From NCBI GenBank assembly GCA_951812955.1, contig OX638340.1:2752001-2816000 (forward strand): a stretch of 64,000 bases of DNA. Direction: 5' to 3'. The stretch is from an uncultured Gemmatimonadota bacterium. Its GTDB lineage: Bacteria > JAAXHH01. The notes under the pieces are model-generated. The model did no database searches, was not told the DNA's origin, and saw nothing but the letters and a program-made list of their open reading frames with translations. Of this stretch, positions 11,201 through 18,722 are shown piece by piece (position 1 is the stretch's first letter; every line of letters begins with the position of its first letter). Made by a program: the position numbers and the translations under genes.

Positions 11201-11376
11201 ACCAGACCCGGCGGGGCGTTGGCCCAGGTCGTCCACACGGTGACGGCGGGGATCTCAAGGGGCGGAAGCAGATTGACGGGAAGACGGGTCAGGGCGATGA
11301 GTCCTACGAGTACGGCGGCGCCCATAAGGCAACAAGTGGCGACAGGCCGTTGAACGGCAAGGCGGGAGAGATTCAT
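8275..11376 (-). CDS. RND family efflux transporter permease, subunit 1
   Basis: 1033 aa. N-terminus MNLSRLAVQRPVATCCLMGAAVLVGLIALTRLPVNLLPPLEIP is typical of RND permeases. Lies 7 bp upstream of the second permease. Confidence 0.9.
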   Translation of the reverse strand: MNLSRLAVQRPVATCCLMGAAVLVGLIALTRLPVNLLPPLEIPAVTVWTTWANAPPGLVVREITEPIESTLRNLPGAQRVRSISREGESLVTVELAWSSDLRNTVQIVRERLDAQRFNLPEDSDRPVVLDTDPDNAPMMGLALRSGSGEDGPSLATLQQMGERILRPRLEQTPGVARARVIGGAGPEVRITIDPTRLSAYDLTLDAVHAMLAAYNQDKPAGLLRRGNYRYALRIDGAFRSLEDMREAVLIREPGAAPIRLRDVAEVEMGERERLGAVLFDGMPAVGVLIQKTADANLLTTSDDVNRVIVGFYAEYPDIALTSAFDQADFVRRSIRGALTALAGGGVLAFLALLLWFRNVRYAIPVAIAMPVAVIASFFVFDTLDVGLNVMSIGGLALGVGMLVDNAIISVENIARHRETGLDANSAAGRGATEVALPMAASTLTTVSVFLPMALTPGVAGQLFRDQALAVTVTLLLAWVVALTLLPTLVARWTRRDATRVSSRSSRFHDMYRRAVDAIIDHPIRTSVLLLVFLAAAAHLGRSLPRAFFPKVDEGAFWMELSLSQGSSLEATLESARELSDIARSLPGVRGTLTTAGAAVSSFVPGSAPGAMRLEQAQIQVYLDETATDVQTAMATLRRQIPVHLGTAVEMKPPVTAMSTALIGNQPDVSIKVLTRRSDGRDDQNTSGNVAEVLRSLLSASGLPLADVVLQGVEGRPGYRVVVDERRAAQLGVEPAKIADALRTYMDGRTATMFNRTDERIPIVVRGSQEEQPGLQAILDEPIDTAVGRVPIRTLATVEPVEVAGELYRVDQTPVAIVNADIDSDDLIGVSDRIRGLLADAGWTSNRADGLEVDIGGAQSTLRTAYRSMLISLAFSILIVLLILAAQFESLRLPWIIIAVVPLALAGAVVVLSLWGASVNVITWIGAIVLVGIVVNDAILKVDFIVRAEREGLSRREAIHEAGRRRLRPILMTTVTTVCGVAPLAAGFGAGGELGAPLARTLIGGLIIGSALTLFVVPLAYRLLAGPVRAANEN

Positions 11377-11612
11377 GATCGCTCAGGTATAGTGGCCGTC
11401 CGCGATACGATAGACCGCGATTCGGGGGTTGGGCTCGCCGTCCTCAACGGGCGCCATATCGACCCGTACATTTCGTCGTCGAGATCAGGCGGCGTGTCGC
11501 GTACCCACTCCAGGTTGGAATCCCGCGCGGTGGCGGGGTCGGAAGATACAACCAGAAGGGCGAAGATCATCACGGGGATAACGAGTTTCAACACGTTGTC
11601 TCCTCTCGTCAC
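11373..11612 (-). CDS. Small hypothetical protein (signal/TM-anchored) inside the RND operon
   Basis: 79-aa ORF that overlaps the adaptor stop and the permease start with ATGA overlaps at both ends. GAGGAG sits upstream of an in-frame GTG. Hydrophobic N-terminus LKLVIPVMIFALLVVSS; the rest is low complexity. Unconfirmed. Confidence 0.25.
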   Translation of the reverse strand: MTRGDNVLKLVIPVMIFALLVVSSDPATARDSNLEWVRDTPPDLDDEMYGSIWRPLRTASPTPESRSIVSRTATIPERS

Positions 11613-12820
11613 TCCATCATGCTCACGCTCACCGGGACGTCATGGGCCAGCGTGACGTTTCCGGTAACGGCCACTGTATCGCCTTCGGCGAGTCCGGAGG
11701 TGATTTCTCGCCAGTCGTCTGCCTCCCGGCCCAAGGCGACGTAGGTCCACTGGGCCCGTCCATCCCGTATTCGAAAGACCAGGGGGCGCTCGTCGCGGAC
11801 GACGATGGCGCCGGCGGGCACGGCCAACCGGTTCTCGTAGAGCGTACCCTCGATTCGGATCTCGGCGTACATGCCCGGTTTCAGCCGGCCGTCGGCGTTG
11901 GGCAGGTCGGCCTCAACGTAGCCCGTGCCCCTTTCCTCGTCCACAGCGGGGTAGATACGGGCGATGCGGCCTTCGAAGGATTCTTCCGGCCAGGCGACAA
12001 CCCGAATCCGTATGCCGCGGCCGATGTCGACTGCGCCTAAGTCGCTTTCCAACACGGCGGCCTTGACGCGGATACGGGACACATCCATGATCGTGAGGCA
12101 GGTTTCCCCGGCGGCGACCTGTTGACCTTCTTCGACGAGTCGTTCTGCGATGATGCCGGAATAGGGGGCGTTGATGGCGGTTTGTTCCAGGTCCAACACG
12201 GCGCGAGCATGAGCGATCTCCGCTCCGGTAAGGCCGGTATTCTGCGCGATGAGATCATACCTGTGATCCCCGGAGAGTAACTGCACGGCTTCGTAGTCTC
12301 TGCGGGCGGTCTGAAGCGCCGCCTGATCGATTTCCTCCCGCTCGATGGCAGCTTGCGCCTTGCGCCAGGCGTTTCTCTTGGTGTGTGTCCAGGTCGTATC
12401 GGGCGCCGTGACTTCGGTAGTGTCGGTGATGAATAGCGCGTACCTGTACCGGGCGTCCATGAGCGCCGAACGGGCTTCGTCCACCTGGATGCGGAACCGT
12501 TCTTCTTCCAGTCGTGCCAGGAGTTGGCCCTCATTGACAGTTTCGCCCTCGCGTACCAGGACGCTTTGGATTCTGCCGCCTACCCCCGCGCTCAGATCGG
12601 TCCGTCGTCCGGCCAGGAGACGACCGGAGGCCACGATCGTCCTCGTCAGCGTCCTTTGGGTTGCTACCGCGGCTTCCACGGGGAAGGGCTGCGGCTCGGT
12701 TTCCACCGGGACGGCACCCATAGGCTCGTTCGAAGTACCGGTCGGTTCGGGTCGCAGGAATATGACCGCCGCGACAATGGCGAGGATGACGATAATGAGG
12801 ATGGGAATGATCGTTTTCAT
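11609..12820 (-). CDS. Efflux RND transporter periplasmic adaptor subunit (membrane fusion protein, HlyD family)
   Basis: N-terminal TM anchor (MKTIIPILIIVILAIVAAVIFL); biotinyl-lipoyl-like and beta-barrel regions; C-terminus RIRDGRAQWTYVALG...GDTVAVTGNVTLAH typical of MFPs. Confidence 0.88.
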   Translation of the reverse strand: MKTIIPILIIVILAIVAAVIFLRPEPTGTSNEPMGAVPVETEPQPFPVEAAVATQRTLTRTIVASGRLLAGRRTDLSAGVGGRIQSVLVREGETVNEGQLLARLEEERFRIQVDEARSALMDARYRYALFITDTTEVTAPDTTWTHTKRNAWRKAQAAIEREEIDQAALQTARRDYEAVQLLSGDHRYDLIAQNTGLTGAEIAHARAVLDLEQTAINAPYSGIIAERLVEEGQQVAAGETCLTIMDVSRIRVKAAVLESDLGAVDIGRGIRIRVVAWPEESFEGRIARIYPAVDEERGTGYVEADLPNADGRLKPGMYAEIRIEGTLYENRLAVPAGAIVVRDERPLVFRIRDGRAQWTYVALGREADDWREITSGLAEGDTVAVTGNVTLAHDVPVSVSMME

Positions 12821-12823
12821 GGA

Positions 12824-13273
12824 TTATCCTGAATGATTGGCATTCCCCATGAATATCATACGATGCTCGAGAATCAACTTCCGACGTATGGGTTTGCCGG
12901 GTGAATAGCTCAGATACCCCCCGAAGCCTCTTTCTCTTGCGTACACGTGCGCGACGGGTTGGAATTGTGCTCGATACACACTGTAATAGAACACCATTTG
13001 AATGGGACGGATCAGTCTGACCAACAAACTGGCCTTGATTGTGCGTCGAGGGAAATGTACGTCGCCGTCGTCATTGGTTGTCCTATCCTGGCTGCTATAG
13101 GTTTTTTCAAGGGCGAAGTGCCGCCAATACTGGTGTACGTCAACACCTTTCAGCGGGTAACCGTCCCTGTCGAACACAGTAACGCTCCAGGCAGGTACTA
13201 CGGTGGACTCTACAGGATAGCCTATTACAACTGCTGTGACAAGAATGATCACTGTCACAAAGTATTTGCGCAT
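12824..13273 (-). CDS. Hypothetical secreted protein
   Basis: 149 aa with a signal peptide (MRKYFVTVIILVTAVVIGYP). Sits in a locally AT-richer patch. Its stop lies 4 bp from the adaptor start and it overlaps the MauE gene end. No recognisable family. Confidence 0.4.
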   Translation of the reverse strand: MRKYFVTVIILVTAVVIGYPVESTVVPAWSVTVFDRDGYPLKGVDVHQYWRHFALEKTYSSQDRTTNDDGDVHFPRRTIKASLLVRLIRPIQMVFYYSVYRAQFQPVAHVYARERGFGGYLSYSPGKPIRRKLILEHRMIFMGNANHSG

Positions 13274-13731
13274 TTAAACGCCTCCCTTATTGAAAATGGA
13301 ACGTGACGCGCGTAGACAAGACTTGAAGCGGCCGCCAATATGAACGTATTCCGAACCAGCACTTCGGCAATGGAGACGTTTCTTAAGTCATCGCCTAATC
13401 CGAAACAACCGCACGGCAGGTCTGCCCCGTAATACAGCCCCCAGGCCAGCGCGCCCATAAAGGACAACATCAGCAGCACAACGATCATCGCGCTATATCG
13501 GATCCATACCCCAATCACGAGACATAAACCGGTTGAGATTTCGATCCAGGGCAACGCAAGGGCGAAAGGGACTGCCAGCGGCTCGGGTACAATGTCATAC
13601 GACCGCACGATCTGCGCGAAGAGTTCGAGCTCCGGCATCTTGGCCAACCCTGCCCAGATAAAGATACCCCCTACCACTAAACGCAGCGCCAGGAGACCGA
13701 AGGGAACTATACGATCGTGTCCGCTTGCCAT
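13255..13731 (-). CDS. MauE/DoxX family membrane protein
   Basis: Four predicted TM helices and the CGCFG motif (DLPCGCFGLGDD) characteristic of methylamine-utilisation MauE-like / DoxX proteins. Confidence 0.7.
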   Translation of the reverse strand: MASGHDRIVPFGLLALRLVVGGIFIWAGLAKMPELELFAQIVRSYDIVPEPLAVPFALALPWIEISTGLCLVIGVWIRYSAMIVVLLMLSFMGALAWGLYYGADLPCGCFGLGDDLRNVSIAEVLVRNTFILAAASSLVYARHVPFSIREAFKCANTL

Positions 13732-13755
13732 GATTCATTTACCCCCGATGCATTT

Positions 13756-14844
13756 CTACAATGTGTCGAGAGGTTGCCTGAGCGTGTATGTCACTACGGC
13801 GGGATTGGATGACTCGTCGGCGGGTTCCACCAACATGTACAGACGATCTTCCCGTGTGAAGAGCGCGTCCGGACCTCCCATGAAATCCGGCATCTGGAGA
13901 CTGCTCGCGATCTGGTTCAGATCGGCATCGTACAGATCCATGAAGACGCGGGACCCTTGCGGGTCGGCGAATACTGCGCCCAGCCACCGATCGCCGATTC
14001 TAAGGAGTTGATAGAACTGGCTCCATGAACGCATATACTCCTGCCGTTTCCGCATGTCGTCCAGGACCATCGCGTCGGGCGGGTCCCGCGGAGGCACGTA
14101 GAAGGGCGATCGACCCTGCGCGGTTTTCACGAGTTCGCCATCGGGCGTGTATTTCCTCACGGTATATTCGTACGGGGTCGCGACGTAGAGAAACCGCCCG
14201 ACCGATACAATCCCTCCACCCCGTGAAGCCGCGGCGACATTGTAGTTCTCGGACTGAGGGGCGAATTCATTGAGCGTATCGCCCTGATCGTTCAATTCGT
14301 GCACCACGTGAATTGCGCCGCTGGTATTCACGTATCCGAAAACCCGACCCTCGGCAGTTACGTGTATATCTTCCAATCGCGGCGAAGGCGAGAAGCTGTT
14401 CCTGAAAACATAGTCGTTCCCGTAGATTGAAATGCGTGACAGCGTCATGTCGTAAAGTAAAAAAACTCCATCTCGCGTAGCCGCCAATGCAAGGGGATAG
14501 CGATACTCGCCGGGACCATCGCCCGGAGCGCCGAGGTGTTTTTTGCCTCGTCCCTTCCCATCGAATACGTCGACGCGAGTGGTAACGAAGTCCAGCACGA
14601 TGCAATCACCGTTGGACGCCACGGCGCCGATCTTGGGCAAAGGACCGAGCAGGAACTCATCGCTCGAATCGAGATTGATCCTCGATTCCACCCGGTAGAC
14701 ATCGTCGAATGTCAACGGTCGCTCCTGGCTCGCGCATGCCAACGGTCCGCACAGTCCGCATAGTATGAACAGCGCAATGGCAGAACGCGAAGCGGGACAC
14801 CATCTTGTAACGGGTGTAAAGGAACTGAGGTTTTTCGTGCTCAC
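13756..14844 (-). CDS. 6-bladed beta-propeller lipoprotein, TolB-like/NHL-like (paralog A)
   Basis: Signal peptide plus lipobox-like LAC. Repeated beta-strand blades (GDCIVLDFVTTRVDVFDGKG, LYVATPYEYTVRKYTPDGELV). Clear paralog of 15566..16717. Confidence 0.7.
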   Translation of the reverse strand: MSTKNLSSFTPVTRWCPASRSAIALFILCGLCGPLACASQERPLTFDDVYRVESRINLDSSDEFLLGPLPKIGAVASNGDCIVLDFVTTRVDVFDGKGRGKKHLGAPGDGPGEYRYPLALAATRDGVFLLYDMTLSRISIYGNDYVFRNSFSPSPRLEDIHVTAEGRVFGYVNTSGAIHVVHELNDQGDTLNEFAPQSENYNVAAASRGGGIVSVGRFLYVATPYEYTVRKYTPDGELVKTAQGRSPFYVPPRDPPDAMVLDDMRKRQEYMRSWSQFYQLLRIGDRWLGAVFADPQGSRVFMDLYDADLNQIASSLQMPDFMGGPDALFTREDRLYMLVEPADESSNPAVVTYTLRQPLDTL

Positions 14845-14889
14845 GGTGCGTATCCTTTCTATGTCGCGTTGTGCTTCGCCGTCGTGGAA

Positions 14890-15531
14890 TCAACCTTGTG
14901 CCGCGATGGTATTGATGTAGACGCCAAGCTTCTCATAGAAAGTGACGGTTCCCTGTTCGTCCTGATAATCCGAGTAATTCGCCAGTAGAACTCGATTGTC
15001 ACGTCCCAGAAACACGATCAAGGGGTATCTGTTGTAATCGAACCTCTTTAACAGATGTGATTCGGCGTCCATTACGGCAACGTCTTGAATCCGGTATTGT
15101 TTCAGATGAGAGAGAAAATGGGTCTCTTGAAAATCGGAAAAAACCATAATGGCGTCTATGTTTCTTTCCCTCAAGCGACTACGATACTCGTTGAACAACC
15201 GAAGCTCCATGTCCAGACAGCGGTTGCAGTTCGTTCCCGCAAAATGGTAGATCAGCTTATAACCGCCCGTATCCGAAAACAGGTCTCTGAACCTGGTGTT
15301 GGCGCGCTGCAATCGAGCTAGATCCGGTCCCAGACCAGCGCCTTCAAGCGCATGTTCATGGATGGTCAATTGTTCGCCTATGCTCATGGTCACCTTGTTC
15401 TTCCACGTGCCGTTTTCGGCGGTTAACTCCGATACTCTTTGGAACAGCACGATATTCAATGTGAGCAAGGAAACAATTCCGGCTAAAAGCCATTTTCGAG
15501 GTATGTCGAGACTAACCGCATTCGATGACAT
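14890..15531 (-). CDS. Thioredoxin-fold protein with CxxC motif (TlpA/MauD-like redoxin)
   Basis: N-terminal TM/signal anchor (WLLAGIVSLLTLNIVLF). Redox motif GTNCNRCL (C-x-x-C) in a thioredoxin-like context. Confidence 0.6.
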   Translation of the reverse strand: MSSNAVSLDIPRKWLLAGIVSLLTLNIVLFQRVSELTAENGTWKNKVTMSIGEQLTIHEHALEGAGLGPDLARLQRANTRFRDLFSDTGGYKLIYHFAGTNCNRCLDMELRLFNEYRSRLRERNIDAIMVFSDFQETHFLSHLKQYRIQDVAVMDAESHLLKRFDYNRYPLIVFLGRDNRVLLANYSDYQDEQGTVTFYEKLGVYINTIAAQG

Positions 15532-15565
15532 GCGGACACCTCCTACGGGCTTTACTGTAATACGC

Positions 15566-16717
15566 TTAACCCGATGATTTGAGTTCGTAGACGACTACAG
15601 TTGGATTGGGCAGATTCTTAACGTCCTGCGACAACACGACGGGTGCTTCTGAACGCAGCAGATAGAGTCGGTCACCCCTGGAGACGATCCCCTGCGAACC
15701 ACCGCCAATGTGCTCGGGCAATTGCAGGTCGCCGGTAACGTAATTGAGATCTGTGTCGTAGAGATCCAAAAACACGCGACGCTCATTTGGTTCGGCCAGG
15801 ACCACTCCTATCATCTCGTCTCCTATCTTCAACAGTTGTCTTATGTGGCTCCACGTGGCGTGGTACGCTTGTCGTTTGCGGAGATCGCTCGAAATTTCGT
15901 GCTCATCAAAGTCTGTCGAAGGCGGCACATAGTGCGACGATCTGCCCCGTACCGTTCGAATCAGTTTTCCACCAAGATCGTACTTCCGAAGTTCGTACTC
16001 ATAGGGGGTGATTACATAAAGGTGTGAACCAAGCAGCAAGATACCTCCCCCTCTGGATTCTCCCACGGTACTGAACTCCTCGTATTGATCGGCGAAACTG
16101 TTCTTGATCTCTCCTGACCTAGTGCACTCGTAGACTACCCTATCGGCCCCCTTCCTGCTAGCGACACCACTCGTATAGCAAAAGAAGCGATCGTCGGCTG
16201 TCACGATAATCTGACCCAGGAAAAGAGGAAGATCGACACTGCTGTTGAACGTAAAATCTTCGCTGTACTCCTGGATTCGCAGAAGATCTCCATCGTATAC
16301 GTAGTACCTGTGTGTTTGATCGCTATAGTAAAGGTTATCGGGGTAGAGGTATTGGTCCGCATTCGTCCCAAGACTTCCAATCTTCGCCTTGCTTCCGCCC
16401 TTGGAGTCGAATACAAGTATCTGTCGAACCCCGAAGTTATCCAACACAATGAAATCGCCCTGTTCGTTTATCGCGCTGAACCAGGGCAAAGCGCTCAGCG
16501 TGAAGCCCGAATCATTGGCAAGCGGGATCTGACGTATTTCTGTATACACTTCCAAGAAAGACTGTTTATCTCCATAGGAATCGGCGAGATGAGCAATGGA
16601 TGTATTGCGGGCTTCTTCCATCGAACCATGAGTACTCTGACACGCCATTGCTCCCATGAAAAACACCATTAGCGAAAAGGACAGCAACCGTAGCGTTTCA
16701 TTCGTTCGCTCTGACAT
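15566..16717 (-). CDS. 6-bladed beta-propeller lipoprotein, TolB-like/NHL-like (paralog B)
   Basis: Signal peptide plus AMAC lipobox-like. Blades GDFIVLDNFGVRQILVFDSKG and LYVITPYEYELRKYDLGGKLI are colinear with paralog A. AGGAGG lies 9 nt upstream of the ATG. Confidence 0.7.
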   Translation of the reverse strand: MSERTNETLRLLSFSLMVFFMGAMACQSTHGSMEEARNTSIAHLADSYGDKQSFLEVYTEIRQIPLANDSGFTLSALPWFSAINEQGDFIVLDNFGVRQILVFDSKGGSKAKIGSLGTNADQYLYPDNLYYSDQTHRYYVYDGDLLRIQEYSEDFTFNSSVDLPLFLGQIIVTADDRFFCYTSGVASRKGADRVVYECTRSGEIKNSFADQYEEFSTVGESRGGGILLLGSHLYVITPYEYELRKYDLGGKLIRTVRGRSSHYVPPSTDFDEHEISSDLRKRQAYHATWSHIRQLLKIGDEMIGVVLAEPNERRVFLDLYDTDLNYVTGDLQLPEHIGGGSQGIVSRGDRLYLLRSEAPVVLSQDVKNLPNPTVVVYELKSSG

Positions 16718-16750
16718 GGTTGGATTCCCTCCTCATTAGCTTGCCTTTAA

Positions 16751-17087
16751 CAGTACAACCGGAAAGTGCTCGCTTCTTAAGTTGACGCTTATCGTGAATC
16801 GAACCACCACAATCCTATCGGTCAGGCTTGACTACGCTCAAGGCCAGGTATGAGCGCTAAATGGAGAACAATGATGAGATGTCGAGGGCTGGCAGTGGTA
16901 CACGTTATTTGCTACATGTACCCAATTGTATACTTGATTGGCTCCTGCCGGCTCCGTGGACAACGCCAGCATGCTCATTGCGCCGGCCATCGTCAATGCA
17001 CCGACGAACATTACACGAGTGAAGATGCTTCTGATTGAAGTTTTGATGACCGTGCTCCTTTCATTGTGCCTTTCCGGTTGTACTGTG
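16751..17087. repeat. Perfect 16-bp inverted repeat (cagtacaaccggaaag / ctttccggttgtactg) flanking a 305-bp AT-richer segment
   Basis: Read directly from the sequence. Left arm 16751-16766, right arm 17072-17087. The IR extends to 17 bp with one more matching base. Confidence 0.8.
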
Positions 17088-17170
17088 CAATGAATAAAAT
17101 GACACCTGACCGATAGTCATCAACAGATACATATTGGAAGTGGAAACGGCTGGATATTTAGGGTAAAACC

Positions 17171-17692
17171 CTACACCTCCATAATCTCCACCAGTTCGTC
17201 TTCAGGATACGGGAAATGCCCCTGGGTACCCCGGTTGACCCGGGCCATGCGCTCCCCGAACACCATGTCTTCTCTGATCAATTCCGAAGTCCTGTGAATG
17301 CACTCCAACGTTGGGATTCCTCCTGTCGCGATCGCTGCTTCGGCTTCCTCCAGAAGAGCCGTCATGTCGTAAAACATCTTGATATTCGGCGACAGCATCT
17401 TGCGAGCCTGTTCCGGCAGTGAGGCGCGTAACTCCAGACAGAGATCGAGGGCTTTCAGAAGATGTTCCCTCGCGATTCGAAAGCACTTCCGTGCTTTACT
17501 CAGTGAAGCGCGATACGGCAGGATATTTCCCGCCAGGCAGGCGCCCAGATCTTCTATTTCCTCCAGGGCGCCAAGTCCCATGAAATAGTGGCCCCATCCC
17601 GTAAGTGTGAGCGGATAGATCCGGTGTTCGAAGGCTTCTTTGAGCTCCACATTGTCTGGCATCGGCGGAAGTGGGCAGGTCCAATCAGACAT
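17171..17692 (-). CDS. Hypothetical protein (173 aa)
   Basis: Clean ORF with no family recognised. First gene downstream of the palindromic operator-like site at 17793-17809. Confidence 0.5.
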   Translation of the reverse strand: MSDWTCPLPPMPDNVELKEAFEHRIYPLTLTGWGHYFMGLGALEEIEDLGACLAGNILPYRASLSKARKCFRIAREHLLKALDLCLELRASLPEQARKMLSPNIKMFYDMTALLEEAEAAIATGGIPTLECIHRTSELIREDMVFGERMARVNRGTQGHFPYPEDELVEIMEV

Positions 17693-17792
17693 TGTAGGCC
17701 TCCTTCAGTACATCAATTGGTGAAGAGACTCGCGGAGATGGAACACTGGAACGATCTACCCATTAAAGAAAGGAAAGCCGGACCGGTTATCT

Positions 17793-17809
17793 ATAGGGTG
17801 TATCCCTAT
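17793..17809. promoter_or_regulatory. Palindromic operator-like site ATAGGGTGTATCCCTAT, copy 1
   Basis: Perfect 6-bp arms with a 5-bp spacer. About 100 bp upstream of the start codon of 17171..17692 (minus strand). A near-identical copy lies at 18612-18628. Confidence 0.45.
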
Positions 17810-17890
17810 TTGCTCGTTTTTTTTCACCGGAATCGAAAAAACCTGATTCCGGTCTTGAAGGAGTAGAGCGTCTCCTTTAAACGAACGTGT

Positions 17891-18526
17891 TCATTCTTCC
17901 ATTTTGATCAGACCAAGTTTGATCGCCGCTCGGATCAGATCGGGAAGGCTGTGCGTGTCTAGTTTCGCCATCAGATTTATGCGATGATTCTGCACGGTTT
18001 TTATACTGATTCGCATGGTTTCGGCTATCTGGCGATTGGATCGCCCCGATACGATCAGTCGAAGGATTTCGCGCTCACGGGGAGTAAGCCGGGGCGGTGT
18101 GCCATGGGGGTACTCCTCATACAGGTAATCGGCATGATCCATGGCCCGGGATTGGTACGTAACGCCCCTGCAAACGGTGCGTATCGCTTTGACCAACTCT
18201 TCGCCCGCTGATTTCTTGAGCACGTAGCCCCTGGCGCCGTTGTCCAGCGCTTTCCGGATCAGTGCGGGATCGGAATGCATCGACAGCATGACCACCCGGA
18301 CCTCGGAAAACGACGCGCGAATCCGCCTCGTCGCTTCGATACCGTTGATACCGGGCATCTCGACGTCCATCACTATGACGTCCGTTCGGACTCGATGCAC
18401 GGCATCGATCGCCTCCCGGCCATCCACGGCCTCGGCGACTATTCGAATATCGGACTCTTTTTCGAGCAGGTCCCGCAGCCCCTGCCGAATCAGATGATGA
18501 TCGTCTGCAATCACTACGCGTATCAT
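17891..18526 (-). CDS. LuxR/NarL-family response regulator (REC + HTH)
   Basis: MIRVVIADDHHLIRQGLRDLL...DVIVMDVEMPGINGIEA... C-terminal LuxR HTH (LTPREREILRLIVSGRSNRQIAETMRISIKTVQNHR). Confidence 0.9.
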   Translation of the reverse strand: MIRVVIADDHHLIRQGLRDLLEKESDIRIVAEAVDGREAIDAVHRVRTDVIVMDVEMPGINGIEATRRIRASFSEVRVVMLSMHSDPALIRKALDNGARGYVLKKSAGEELVKAIRTVCRGVTYQSRAMDHADYLYEEYPHGTPPRLTPREREILRLIVSGRSNRQIAETMRISIKTVQNHRINLMAKLDTHSLPDLIRAAIKLGLIKMEE

Positions 18527-18611
18527 ATGATGTTCGCGATCTCCTCTTCTGGTCGTTACATGACGAAATCCGTCGTTTGCTCAATACTAACAACAAAAAG
18601 GGGGACTATCC

Positions 18612-18628
18612 ATAGGGTGTTTCCCTAT
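18612..18628. promoter_or_regulatory. Palindromic operator-like site ATAGGGTGTTTCCCTAT, copy 2
   Basis: Located in the 196-bp gap between the two response-regulator genes, about 85-100 bp upstream of the 17891..18526 start codon. Confidence 0.45.
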
Positions 18629-18722
18629 GTTCCGCTTTTTCTTACGGTATTGGGGGGCTGAAGTGGCGAGAGAGATAGACTGCGGCCAACCGGATTGCTA
18701 CCAAGCGGGGAAAGACGACGGT

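Noticed and set aside
16850-17038. 62-aa plus-strand ORF (MSAKWRTMMRCRG...) inside the IR-flanked element, as a definite gene
   Set aside because: It overlaps an equally plausible 58-aa minus-strand ORF. Neither has a convincing RBS or genome-typical codon usage. Kept only as a low-confidence candidate in the findings.
17811-17824. Hairpin-plus-T8 at 17793-17824 as a rho-independent terminator
   Set aside because: The hairpin/T-run orientation would terminate a plus-strand transcript, but all neighbouring genes are on the minus strand. Better explained as an operator palindrome beside an incidental T-run.
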